A program made the position numbers and the translations under genes. A model generated the notes under the pieces. The model was given only the letters and a program-made list of their open reading frames with translations, made no database searches and was not told where the DNA came from. A stretch of 64,000 nt of DNA from Terriglobia bacterium (GTDB taxonomy: Bacteria > Acidobacteriota > Terriglobia > 20CM-2-55-15), in NCBI GenBank assembly GCA_965198225.1, contig CBDAOY010000008.1, positions 800,001 to 864,000 on the forward strand, in the 5' to 3' direction. Within the stretch, counting starts at the first letter, position 1, and each line of letters starts with the position of its first letter. This document shows positions 30,114-39,701 of this stretch, piece by piece.

Positions 30114-33100
30114 TTACTTGGGGTCCTGGTTCCACCAATACTGTTCCGGTAATTTCTTCTCTTCCGGCCAGATCTGATCCAGCGTGTCTCCCTCGAAGAT
30201 TTCGCCGTTCTTCATGACGTAGCGGATCGAATTCGTGTTCCGGATGTCCTCGAGCGGGTTGCGATCCAGGACGACGAGGTCGGCGAGTTTTCCGGCCTCC
30301 AACGAACCGACGTCCTGCCGGTAGCCGATAGCCTCGGCGCCGAATATCGTTGCGACCCGCAGCGCGTCGTGGTTAGGCATCCCTCCCGACTGCATCGACC
30401 ACAACTCCCAGTGATAGCCGATGCCTTGCATCTGGCCGTGGCTGCCCACTCCGGCCCGTCCTCCGGCCGCGACGATGTCGGCGACCCCTTTCGCGATCCC
30501 TTTATGGCCGTACTCTTCTGGAAGGAACCACTGGCCCCGTCTCCGAACCATGCTGTCGAGCAGTTCGTGAGGGATGAAGCGACGGAGTTTCATGTCGCCG
30601 TGCACATCGGTTGTCTCGAAGAAATGGTTCTCCGTCCACGGAGCGCCGTAGGCAACCAGAGTCGTCGGGGTGTAGAAGGTCCTGGTGCCAGCGACGAATC
30701 GGGCCACATCGTTGTAGAGCGGCTGGATCGGCAGGCTGTGCTCCAGACCCGTGAAACCGTCCGACATTTGCGATAGGTCGAGCTTCATGTCGAGGCCGCC
30801 CTCCGTGGTGGGCATGATGCCGAACTCGCGGGCTGCCATGATCACCCACTGACGGACGATGCGGTCGCCCGACATGTACGCCTTGATCGTCGGCGTCCGG
30901 TAGGCCTCCTTGTAGCGCATGATGAAGTCGCGGGTCGCTTCTTTGTCGTCGAGCCCGGAACGCGAGAAGACGCCGGGGCCGGTCGCGAAAACCCGCGGCC
31001 CGAGGATTTCTCCGGTTTCGACAAGGTCGCTGTAGGAGAAGACATCGGTCGTCGACGTCTGAGGGTCCCGGGTGGTCGTCACTCCGTAGGCGAGGTTGGC
31101 CAGGTACTGCCACACCTGTGTCTGGTGTACGCCACGCGGCGCCCACATGTGGGCGTGGGTGTCGACGAGTCCAGGGATGATGAACTTTCCGCTGACCTCG
31201 ATCTCTTCCGTTCCCGCCGGTACTGGAAGGGTTCCACGGGCGCCGACCCCGACGATTCGGTTTGCCGTGACGAGGATTTCCCCATCTTTGATGACTTGAT
31301 CGTCGCGCATCGTGATGATGCTGGCGCCGCGGAGCACGACGCTCCCGGAAGGCCGCGCCCGGGTAGCTTCGATCACCGCGACCGAGACTTCCGGAAACGC
31401 AGAATCCGGCCGGCGCCGGTAGAATGTGTCTCCGAGAGCCCAGGTCAACCACTCCCCGTCCTTGCTCCAGCCAAGATAATCGCCACCCTCTGCGGAGAGT
31501 TTGGTGACCGGCACGTTAGCCGAGTCCTCTCCGGCGATACTGATCCGTATGGTCTCCTTGCCTGCGGAGGGAACCGAGATCAGGTAGTGCTTATTCTGCA
31601 GGCTGACGAACGCCCTCATTCCGTCCGGAGAGATGTGAATCTGCTCGGCCGTCGGCTTGTTCGGTCCGGCTCCGGTTCCACTGATCCGGAAGTGTGTTTT
31701 TCGGTCCAGCCCGTCCAGTCGCAGAGAGCCCAGACCGCTGTTGGACGTGAAGTAGACGCGCTCAGGGTCGCTCGTGAAATGCGGAAAACGACCTCCCTGA
31801 GTTCCCGCGATCAGGGTGGAATCGCCTCCCGAGGAGGGAATCCAGCGCAGGTCCAATCCGCTGCCGCGTGGAATGCCGCCGATTTCTCCAGCCCCGGAGC
31901 CGTCGTCGTAGGGTAGGTCCGGCTCCTGTTGTTGGAGATCGGAAAAGAGCTGACCCGCCGTCGAGCCGGAAATGAACACGATCTTTTCGCCGTCGGGCGA
32001 GTAAACCGGGTCGGAATAGTAAGCTGGCCGCGAGGTCAACTGCTCGGGCGGATCGGATCGATCCGCCGCCACCCGGAAGATGTGGCCGCCCTGGCTGGAC
32101 CAGGTGGCGTAGGCGACATGTTCGCCGTCCGGGGACCATGTCGGCATGAACTCGCCAGCTTCGGAATCGGTCAGTCGCTCAGGGGTTCCCAGAGGAACGT
32201 CCATGATCCAGATTTTGTTGAGTGCCGTGAAGACCACGCGGTTGCCGTCCGGGGAAAGAGACGTCCACCGAATCAGCCGCGCCCGCACGTTGTCGCTGTC
32301 CTCGATGCGGCTCTCGAAGATAACGCGTGGTCCGATCTCCGCCTTCACTTCCGCGGTGAAGGAGATATCGCTGATTTCTCCGGAGAAAAAGTCGACCCGC
32401 TTGATCTTGCCGTCAACGGGAACAATCAGGGACTCTCCGTCGGGCATGAAGGCGTAGCCGGGCATCGTGTCCCGGCTGGCGACCGATTCCTGGTCGTCGC
32501 GGGTCACCGGGTAGGCGAGCCATCGCTCTTCACTGGTCTCGAGGTCGCGAACTCGCAGGCCGGTCCCGGTCTCAAACCGGGTTGCATAGACCAGATAGCG
32601 GCCGTCGGGAGACAGGAGCGGACGCATGGCGCTGCCCTGAGCGTTGGTGAGGGTCGACGTTTCGCTGGTTTCCCGGTCGAAGCGCACGATCTGCCAGATC
32701 GGAAAAGTGGCGTTGTAGTTGAACAGCCCGTTCCGCTGGGCGTAGTAGATGTACCGCCCGTCTGGAGCGGCGGCGCCGCCGAGCTTGTTCTGGCGCGTTG
32801 GGCGCGGTCCGTCCGAACCCGGGGAAGGCGGCGGAGGGGGCGGGGGCCCGATGTCGATGCCGGAACCTCCGTCCTTGTGATACATGCGAAGCGAATAAGT
32901 GTTGATCCCGTTGCCCGAACGCGAGGCGATGACGTAGTCCCCGTCGGAAGTCCACGAGGGAGAGATGAAGTGCTGATGGCGTCCCTTGGTCAATGCCCGC
33001 GGATTACTGCCGTCCGCGTCGGCGAGCCACAGGTTGTCCGCGCCGCTCCGGTCGCTGACAAAGACGATCGTTTCCCCATCGGGAGAGAACCGCGGTTGCG

Positions 33101-33392
33101 CCTCGAAAGAGATCCCACCGACTATCTGGGCGGCATCACCGCCGCCGATCGGCAGGGTGTAGACGTCGCCCAGGAGATCGAAGACGATCGTTTCCCCGTC
33201 CGATGAAACATCCAACGACATCCACGTGCCCTCGTCGGTCGTGAATTCGATCGTGTCCGACGCCTCGAGAGGCAGCGTTTCTTCCTTTTTCTCTTCGTCG
33301 TCGAGGGCCGGCTCATCCTGTGAAAAGGCCGCCACCGGGAAGGCAACCGCGAAAACGAGGGACAGTGCCCAGACAGGGAATGGACGCGACAT
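30114..33392 (-). CDS. Secreted amidohydrolase with TolB-like/PD40 beta-propeller repeats
   Basis: Signal peptide, many SPDG repeats, PGLVDTHAH and GSLEAGKLADLVVL motifs. Confidence 0.9.
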   Translation of the reverse strand: MSRPFPVWALSLVFAVAFPVAAFSQDEPALDDEEKKEETLPLEASDTIEFTTDEGTWMSLDVSSDGETIVFDLLGDVYTLPIGGGDAAQIVGGISFEAQPRFSPDGETIVFVSDRSGADNLWLADADGSNPRALTKGRHQHFISPSWTSDGDYVIASRSGNGINTYSLRMYHKDGGSGIDIGPPPPPPPSPGSDGPRPTRQNKLGGAAAPDGRYIYYAQRNGLFNYNATFPIWQIVRFDRETSETSTLTNAQGSAMRPLLSPDGRYLVYATRFETGTGLRVRDLETSEERWLAYPVTRDDQESVASRDTMPGYAFMPDGESLIVPVDGKIKRVDFFSGEISDISFTAEVKAEIGPRVIFESRIEDSDNVRARLIRWTSLSPDGNRVVFTALNKIWIMDVPLGTPERLTDSEAGEFMPTWSPDGEHVAYATWSSQGGHIFRVAADRSDPPEQLTSRPAYYSDPVYSPDGEKIVFISGSTAGQLFSDLQQQEPDLPYDDGSGAGEIGGIPRGSGLDLRWIPSSGGDSTLIAGTQGGRFPHFTSDPERVYFTSNSGLGSLRLDGLDRKTHFRISGTGAGPNKPTAEQIHISPDGMRAFVSLQNKHYLISVPSAGKETIRISIAGEDSANVPVTKLSAEGGDYLGWSKDGEWLTWALGDTFYRRRPDSAFPEVSVAVIEATRARPSGSVVLRGASIITMRDDQVIKDGEILVTANRIVGVGARGTLPVPAGTEEIEVSGKFIIPGLVDTHAHMWAPRGVHQTQVWQYLANLAYGVTTTRDPQTSTTDVFSYSDLVETGEILGPRVFATGPGVFSRSGLDDKEATRDFIMRYKEAYRTPTIKAYMSGDRIVRQWVIMAAREFGIMPTTEGGLDMKLDLSQMSDGFTGLEHSLPIQPLYNDVARFVAGTRTFYTPTTLVAYGAPWTENHFFETTDVHGDMKLRRFIPHELLDSMVRRRGQWFLPEEYGHKGIAKGVADIVAAGGRAGVGSHGQMQGIGYHWELWSMQSGGMPNHDALRVATIFGAEAIGYRQDVGSLEAGKLADLVVLDRNPLEDIRNTNSIRYVMKNGEIFEGDTLDQIWPEEKKLPEQYWWNQDPK

Positions 33393-33483
33393 GGTACTCC
33401 TCCTGATTCGATCGGTGATCGAGAGTATCCGACGAGGATAAGGGATTCGGGGAATGGGGCGAAGTGTAAATGTGTTTCGGAAG

Positions 33484-33535
33484 AACCACCCAACTCCCCT
33501 CCTCAGATGAGGAGAGGTGGCGCGAAGCGCCGGTC
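33484..33535. repeat. REP-like family B copy
   Basis: CTCCCCTCCTCAGATGAGGAGAGGTGGCGCGAAGCGCC. Confidence 0.8.
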
Positions 33536-33820
33536 AGATCAAGCGGACCCAGCCGGATTGTTCGAAGCAGATCTAGTGACGATAATCTGCCGCCGAAAGG
33601 CTCATGAAGCGCGTCCTTGTGGGTCTTCAGGAGGGTACCCCTCAGAGGTTCTCCCATGGATCAGCTCTGAACCGACGCATCCGCCAGATGGGCGGCAACC
33701 CCGGCACGACGGCGGCGCGCCATCAGAGTGGACCCGCGGGTGACGCCCGGACATGAATAGATGCACTTAAGGATCGAGCGTTAGTGGGGTAAACTGTGCC
33801 GCTGGCGCCCTGGTCCCACT

Positions 33821-34243
33821 ATGTTCGAGACGCGGATCCAAACGTACTGGGCCGATTCCGATGCCGCGGGAATTGCCTATCATTCCCACTTCTTTCGCTT
33901 TGTCGAGTTTGCGGAAGAGGATCTGTTTCGGGCCTATGGAAGGGAGCGGCAGGAGCTGCTCGATGAGAATCAAGTGTGGCTCCCCCGCGTCGAGTCCTTC
34001 GCGAGGTTCGTCAAGCCCATCCGTGTCGGTGATGCGATTCGCATCCGGCTGAAGGTCGAGTTCGAAGGACTGAAGACGGTCAAGTGCGGCTTCGAGGTGC
34101 TGGGAGAGGAATCCGACGACGTCCTCTCGAAAGGATACGTCACGATTGCCTGCGTGAACCGGGCAACATTCAAAGCGAGACCGCTGCCGGATTCGATTCG
34201 GGAGGCATTCAAACTGGCGGCCGACCCAGAATTACTGAAGTAG
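33821..34243 (+). CDS. 4HBT/YbgC-like acyl-CoA thioesterase
   Basis: WADSDAAGIAYHSHFFRFVE hot-dog fold motif. Confidence 0.9.
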   Translation: MFETRIQTYWADSDAAGIAYHSHFFRFVEFAEEDLFRAYGRERQELLDENQVWLPRVESFARFVKPIRVGDAIRIRLKVEFEGLKTVKCGFEVLGEESDDVLSKGYVTIACVNRATFKARPLPDSIREAFKLAADPELLK

Positions 34244-34931
34244 CGTGTTCCGTCGGCTTGAATGAGTGAAGTTCGGCGACTCCGCCGGTCTCGGGCGCCC
34301 GCGATCCGTGCCGGTTGAACCACACGGGCCGGATGCCTGCCGCTATCGCACCCTCTACGTCGATCTCCCAGGCATCCCCGACCATCACCGACTGCTCGAC
34401 CCGGTGCCCGTTCCGCTCCAGGGCGGCGTGGAATATTCCCGGATCGGGCTTGGCAAGGCCGGTTTCTTCCGAGGTGACCATGAAATCGACCAGGGAATCG
34501 AGCCCGCAGTCTGAGAGCTTCCCGCGCTGTTCGGCGACGAAGTTGTTGGTCACGATCCCGATGGCGGCATGCTCCCGGAGTTCGGTGAGCAGTTCGATCG
34601 TCCCTTCAACCGCCTGTCGAGAGGATCGGTAGACGCTCCGATACCGTCTGCCGAGTCGGGTGATTTCATCCTCGTCCACTTCGACGTGGTAGGAGCCCAG
34701 CAGCAGCCGAAATCGCTCGAGACGTCCTTCGTCCTGGGTCAGAATCCCGGCAAGCACCCGGGCGTGAGTCTCGTTGAGGATCTCAAAAGCCCTTTTTTCG
34801 AGGTCCGACAGGGCGACCGCGGCCAGCCCGCCGCATTCGGCCTGCAGGGCGCTCAGACCACTCCGGCTCGAGTGGCGGTGGTCGAAAAGGGTTTCGTCGA
34901 GGTCGAACAGGACTAGAGAGGGTCGGATCAT
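34209..34931 (-). CDS. HAD-superfamily hydrolase (YjjG-like)
   Basis: FDLDETL, IVTN, KPDPGIF and MVGDAWEIDVEGA motifs. Confidence 0.92.
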   Translation of the reverse strand: MIRPSLVLFDLDETLFDHRHSSRSGLSALQAECGGLAAVALSDLEKRAFEILNETHARVLAGILTQDEGRLERFRLLLGSYHVEVDEDEITRLGRRYRSVYRSSRQAVEGTIELLTELREHAAIGIVTNNFVAEQRGKLSDCGLDSLVDFMVTSEETGLAKPDPGIFHAALERNGHRVEQSVMVGDAWEIDVEGAIAAGIRPVWFNRHGSRAPETGGVAELHSFKPTEHATSVILGRPPV

Positions 34932-34947
34932 CCTTCGGATTATATCA

Positions 34948-35050
34948 ACCACCCCAAACTCCCCTCCTCAGATGAGGAGGGGTGGCGCGAAGCGCAGGGT
35001 GGTGCTGACCAAGAAGAATCACCCCTCTGCGTCTGCGGATGGGGAGTCTG
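34948..35050. repeat. REP-like family B copy
   Basis: CTCCCCTCCTCAGATGAGGAGGGGTGGCGCGAAGCGCAGGGTGGTGCTGA. Confidence 0.8.
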
Positions 35051-35102
35051 GTTGCGCGGCTTCTCGGAAAATGCGATGCTGCGTGTTTCGCGAGACCACC
35101 TG

Positions 35103-36347
35103 ATGCCAGCCAAGAACTCCATCGTCAGCATCCGTAAGACCCTCGATCTGGCGGGACAGGAATTGAAGATCCTGCACCAGATCAGTCACTCGATCAGCTG
35201 CAGCCTGGATCTCGACAAGGTATTGAAGGAGATCATCGAGCTCGTAGTCGATGTCACGAAGTGTGACTCCTGCTTGCTCTATCTACTCGACGAAAACGAA
35301 CCTTACCTGTTCCTGAGGGCATCCAAGAACCCCCACCCGCGACTGATCGGGAGGATATCGGTCAAAGTCGGCGAAGGGATAACCGGATGGGTGGCCGAGA
35401 ACGCCGAACTGGTGGCGATTTCGAAGAATGCGAGCAAGGATCCTCGATTTCGAGTCTTCAGCAACCTGCCAGAGGACCGTTACGAGTCTTTTCTGTCGGC
35501 ACCCATCATTGCTCCGACCGAACGTGTCACCGGAGTCATCAACGTTCAGCACCGAAAATCGCACCGTCATTCTGAGAAAGAGAAGACGCTGATCTCGATC
35601 ATCGGACACCAGGTGGGTGGGGCGATCGAGAACGCCCGACTGTACGAGGAAACGAAACGGCAGACGCAACAGCTCTCGACACTGTCGCGGGTCAGCCAGC
35701 TCGCCGCGTCAGGGAAGTACTTGGACGAGATGCTGCAACTGATCGCGAACCTGACTGCTGAAACGATGCAGGCACGTCTCTGTTCGATCATGCTGGTGGA
35801 CAAGAAAAAGAATGAGCTCATCCTGAAGGCTGCCCAGTGCTCGAGTGAGGAATACTGGCAGCGTCCGAACCTGAAGATCGGAAAGAGCCTCGTCAGCAGG
35901 GTGGTCAAGGCGGGCAAACCGCTGATGGTCAAAGATGTCACGAAGGAAGCCGGCTACCGGTATCCGGAGCTGGCGAAGAAGGAAGGCGTTCGTTCGCTTC
36001 TTTCGGTACCGATGATCGCCAAGGACACGGTCATCGGGGTGATTAACGTCTATTCGGGCGAAGCGAAAGTTTTCTCTGAAGACGACTTGCGGGTGCTCAC
36101 TACGGTGTGCGACCAGGCCGCCCTGGCCATCGAGAACACCCAGTTAGCGGTCGCGATCCAGGAAAGGGAGGAGGCGCTCGCAGCCCGAAAAATCGTCGAC
36201 CGCGCTAAGAGCATCCTGCAACGCCAATTGGAGCTTTCAGAGGATGAGGCCTACCGGCGACTGCGCCAGCAGAGTATGAAGACACGTCGGACGATGCGGG
36301 AGATCGCCGAAGCGGTCATTCTTTCCAGTGAGATGCAGTCACCTTGA
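35103..36347 (+). CDS. GAF-GAF-ANTAR RNA-binding antiterminator
   Basis: Two GAF repeats followed by the ANTAR motif RKIVDRAKSILQ..LSEDEAYRRLRQQSMKTRRTMREIAEAVI. Start position approximate. Confidence 0.92.
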   Translation: MPAKNSIVSIRKTLDLAGQELKILHQISHSISCSLDLDKVLKEIIELVVDVTKCDSCLLYLLDENEPYLFLRASKNPHPRLIGRISVKVGEGITGWVAENAELVAISKNASKDPRFRVFSNLPEDRYESFLSAPIIAPTERVTGVINVQHRKSHRHSEKEKTLISIIGHQVGGAIENARLYEETKRQTQQLSTLSRVSQLAASGKYLDEMLQLIANLTAETMQARLCSIMLVDKKKNELILKAAQCSSEEYWQRPNLKIGKSLVSRVVKAGKPLMVKDVTKEAGYRYPELAKKEGVRSLLSVPMIAKDTVIGVINVYSGEAKVFSEDDLRVLTTVCDQAALAIENTQLAVAIQEREEALAARKIVDRAKSILQRQLELSEDEAYRRLRQQSMKTRRTMREIAEAVILSSEMQSP

Positions 36348-36644
36348 TTCGGGTCGAGCCGGCGCCGAAGCGCCCACCAGGCTCTGAAGCTCTTCCTCGT
36401 AGTACTTGCGGTAGAGGATGTCCCACTCCTCGCCGCCTTCGGGAATGGTTTTCGTCTGGGATTCAATCTTCAGCCGCGCCGCCTGGTACATCTCCGACTC
36501 TTTCTTGAGCCACTTGTTGAGGACCTCCAGTGCAACCAGGCGAATCGTGTTCCGGTCTTCGTAGAACGTGACCTCATCGATTTCCGCCAGCGTATCTGCG
36601 ACACGGTGAGATAGAAGGTTGATCTTGTCCCTGGAGAGCCGCAT
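36339..36644 (-). CDS. DUF507 family protein
   Basis: MRLSRDKINLLS...IPEGGEEWDILYRKYYEEEL pattern. Confidence 0.78.
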   Translation of the reverse strand: MRLSRDKINLLSHRVADTLAEIDEVTFYEDRNTIRLVALEVLNKWLKKESEMYQAARLKIESQTKTIPEGGEEWDILYRKYYEEELQSLVGASAPARPESR

Positions 36645-36646
36645 GA

Positions 36647-36925
36647 CTACAAGACCAGTTTCCGCTCGCGAACGAGCTTTTTCTTGATCAGCTTGAACAT
36701 TTCCTGGTAGGACGCACCGCTCTCGCGCATCTGGTTCGAGTATTCGCTAAGAAGCACGCGGACCTCGTCGTTCAGACGGTCTTCGAGAGTCACCTCTTCC
36801 TGCAGGGCGTCAAAAATGGAATCGGTCAGGGAAAAGTCGTCGGCCACCTCGATCACGCCGCGATCGAGGAGCTCATCGGTGACCTTTTCGGCAAGCAGGT
36901 TGACGAATTCAGTTCGGAGTGCCAT
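36647..36925 (-). CDS. DUF507 family protein
   Basis: EDRLNDEVR.LL...YQEMFKLIKKKLVRERKLVL pattern. Confidence 0.8.
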   Translation of the reverse strand: MALRTEFVNLLAEKVTDELLDRGVIEVADDFSLTDSIFDALQEEVTLEDRLNDEVRVLLSEYSNQMRESGASYQEMFKLIKKKLVRERKLVL

Positions 36926-37002
36926 AGGCTATATACAATCTTCCGCCAGAGCTGACCTTCTAATCTCCCACAACTCGTGAGCTTTTTCAACCGAGCGGGC
37001 GT

Positions 37003-37182
37003 GTAGGTGCGGTCTAGGACCGGAACCATTCATTAGCGTCGGGCCCACCGTCCCCCTCCCGACGAAGACTTGAGCGTTCAAGTACCGATCGCAGAGCGCG
37101 CGTGCGTGGAGAAAGACAGCTGGTCCGGTCCCCCCACGCCTCCCTCAAGCCGGAACAGTGTGCGGTCATAGACCGCACCTAC
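37003..37182. repeat. Inverted pair of GTAG-type REPs
   Basis: GTAGGTGCGGTCTAGGACCG at 37003 and GTGTGCGGTCATAGACCGCACCTAC at 37158. Confidence 0.75.
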
Positions 37183-37199
37183 ACTTGCCGAGATCGGCT

Positions 37200-38531
37200 T
37201 CAGGAAACGGGTCCGGCCGGTGAAGCGGCGGAACTCGACGGTCCAGTTGCAGCGGCCATGGCGGGCTCGGCGAGGATACCGGTTTCACCTTCGGTTCGGG
37301 CTATGATCACGGCGCCGCATGAATCGCTGAAGACATTGATCGAGGTCCGAACCATATCCAGGAGACGGTCCGTGACAAGGATCAGGCCGATCGCTTCGAC
37401 GGGCAGGCCGATCGCCGTCAGGATGATCGTGATCGCAACCAGACTGGCTGCGGGTATGCCCGCTACCCCGATCGACGTTATCAGAGCCGTAAAAACTATC
37501 GTGAACTGCGTCACAAAACCCAGTTCGATGCCGTAGGCCTGGGCAATAAACATGGCGGCAACACACTCGTAGAGGGCGGTACCGTCCATGTTGACCGTCG
37601 CGCCGAGCGGAAGGACGAAACTGGTGACGCGATTGGACACCCCGGCTTTCTTCTCGACAGATTCCATGGTGAGCGGCAGCGTCGCCGATGATGAGGCGGT
37701 GGAGAACGCCGTCAACATCGCCGGCGACATCGCGCGGTAGTGGCGCCAGGGGTTGACCCTTCCGATGAAATAGAGCAGCAGCGGCAGGGTGATCAACGTG
37801 TGTCCGAGCAGGCTGAACAATGCGGTGAAGAAGAAGGCCAGGAGGGGGAGAAATGCCTCAAACCCGGTCTGGGTTACCTCTTCGGCGACGAGACCGAACA
37901 CCCCCAGTGGAGTGAACATCATCACCCACATCGTGATCCGCATCATGGTTTCGAAGACCCCATTCGCGAAACGTTGCATTGTCTCCGAAAAGTCTGTGTG
38001 GATTTGGTTGAGGAAATACCCGAACAGGATACTGAAGAAGATCAGGCCGAGCATCTGCCCGTTGGCTGCGGCTGCGACGATGTTGGTGGGAACCATGCGG
38101 AGAAACAGCCCCGCCAGGTCGCCGGCGCCCCGTCCTTCGAACTGCGCAGCGAGCTCTTCCGAATCCTCCTGGAGGCCGAGGCGCTCGCCCGCCGGCTGTC
38201 CGTTGATGATGCCCGGCGTGACGATGTTGACGACGGTCAGGCCCAGAAAAATAGCCAAAAGGCTCGTCGCGATGTAGTAACCCGCGGTCTTGGCGCCGAG
38301 GCGGCCCAGGTCGCTGCCCGAACCCAGGCCCGCGACCCCACTGATGATCGAGGACATGATCAGGGGAACGATCAACATACGCAGGGCGTTGAGGAACATG
38401 GTCCCCATGAAATCGTAGACGCTCAGGAGCGGCACTCCCAGAAAGGTCGATTCCGGGTCGGTCGCCAGTCCGGCCAGCGCGGCCAGGACGATGGCGATCA
38501 GGATTTGCCAGTGCAGCTTCAGTTTGCCCAT
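37200..38531 (-). CDS. Dicarboxylate/amino acid:cation symporter (DAACS, GltP/GltT-like)
   Basis: STASSSATLP, PLGATVNMDGTALY and DRLLDMVRTSINV motifs. Confidence 0.95.
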   Translation of the reverse strand: MGKLKLHWQILIAIVLAALAGLATDPESTFLGVPLLSVYDFMGTMFLNALRMLIVPLIMSSIISGVAGLGSGSDLGRLGAKTAGYYIATSLLAIFLGLTVVNIVTPGIINGQPAGERLGLQEDSEELAAQFEGRGAGDLAGLFLRMVPTNIVAAAANGQMLGLIFFSILFGYFLNQIHTDFSETMQRFANGVFETMMRITMWVMMFTPLGVFGLVAEEVTQTGFEAFLPLLAFFFTALFSLLGHTLITLPLLLYFIGRVNPWRHYRAMSPAMLTAFSTASSSATLPLTMESVEKKAGVSNRVTSFVLPLGATVNMDGTALYECVAAMFIAQAYGIELGFVTQFTIVFTALITSIGVAGIPAASLVAITIILTAIGLPVEAIGLILVTDRLLDMVRTSINVFSDSCGAVIIARTEGETGILAEPAMAAATGPSSSAASPAGPVS

Positions 38532-38612
38532 GCGCTTCTCCTGCTTTGTTCCAACGGATGGTCGAATCTTATCGGAGATTCCCGGGGCGGGTCAATCGGG
38601 GCATGCGCGCTG

Positions 38613-38765
38613 TTAGCGCAGTTTGTTCGTCGTCTTTCCAGGGCGCCGGCCTTCGAGCTGTGCAACGGACAGACCGCCGGCGGCGCAGCATCCGGGCGAG
38701 TGATCGTAGTATTCCTTCAGAAAAGAGTTGATCGCCCTGAAGATCTTCTTGAGCCGTGCCAGCAT
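38613..38765 (-). CDS. Possible 50-aa small protein with a CC motif (not in the ORF track)
   Basis: MLARLKKIFRAINSFLKEYYDHSPGCCAAGGLSVAQLEGRRPGKTTNKLR. GC-skewed codons but no clear RBS. Confidence 0.35.
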   Translation of the reverse strand: MLARLKKIFRAINSFLKEYYDHSPGCCAAGGLSVAQLEGRRPGKTTNKLR

Positions 38766-38793
38766 GCAATGATTTTAGCACGCCGAGTGACTG

Positions 38794-38974
38794 GTGGCCT
38801 GTAACGGAGATATCGGTACCAGCGTTCCGCCGCAACCCTCCGGGCCGATGGGGGTTGGGGTCGATCTCTTTGTCGTTCGTTGTCATGATGAAACCGCATC
38901 AATTCCTCCTCTCTCCTCGACCTCGACTGGCAAGACCCATCGGCGATGGTGCCGAGATCTCCGTTACAGGCCAC
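38794..38974. mobile_element. Internally deleted MITE (family A), inverted relative to the 3254 copy
   Basis: Same TIRs, 181 bp long, lacks the interior of the second internal arm. TA flanks not retained. Confidence 0.85.
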
Positions 38975-39083
38975 GGGTTTCGCTCCGTTGAAACAACGAG
39001 ATCTCACGGTCTCATTGGCAAACCAAACCCGCTGCCCGACGTCAAATTCGGAGTGAGCTGCCTTAATTCCCCGGGAGGTGCGT

Positions 39084-39701
39084 ATGCGACGTGAATGGAT
39101 GCCTTTTGCGACATTGACTTTCCTGATTCCTCTGGTGTTTTCTGCAGTTGCTACCGGAGCCCAGTCCGGAGAATTGCAATACCGCGTACTGGCCACGAAG
39201 AAAACCTCAACGATGGAAAAGGAGCTCAACGAGCTGGCTGGCTCCGGTTTCCGGCTGAGGGATGTGATGGGTGGCGAGACCGCGTTCGGCGGCAAAGAGA
39301 CCATTGTGGTCATGACCAGACCCGCCGACGCACCCGCCCAACGGCTATTCGAGTACCGGCTCCTGGCGACTTCGAAGACCTCGACCATGCAACAGGAACT
39401 CCAGGCGGCGGCCGACCTCGGCTTTGACTACGCAGGCCAGACTGTATTCGAAACGTCGTTCGGGGGCGAGGAAGTGGTCGTCATCCTGGAGCGCGACTTG
39501 CAAAAACCGGTGATCAGTCAGGAGTACAAACTGCTCGCCACTTCGAAGACCTCCACGATGGAAAAGGAACTCGGGCAAACGGGCAAGGACGGCTTCATCC
39601 TGGTTGGACTGACCGTGGGGAAGACGAAGTTTGGCGGGCGGGAACTCGTCAGCATCCTCAAGAGGCCGGTCGTCGCCGCGGGTATGCGGGCGCAAGAGTA
39701 A
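39084..39701 (+). CDS. Secreted protein with three tandem ~57-aa repeats
   Basis: Signal peptide. Three copies of Y[RK][VL]LAT.KTSTM..EL...G[FY]...T.FGG.E. GGAGG RBS. Confidence 0.85.
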   Translation: MRREWMPFATLTFLIPLVFSAVATGAQSGELQYRVLATKKTSTMEKELNELAGSGFRLRDVMGGETAFGGKETIVVMTRPADAPAQRLFEYRLLATSKTSTMQQELQAAADLGFDYAGQTVFETSFGGEEVVVILERDLQKPVISQEYKLLATSKTSTMEKELGQTGKDGFILVGLTVGKTKFGGRELVSILKRPVVAAGMRAQE

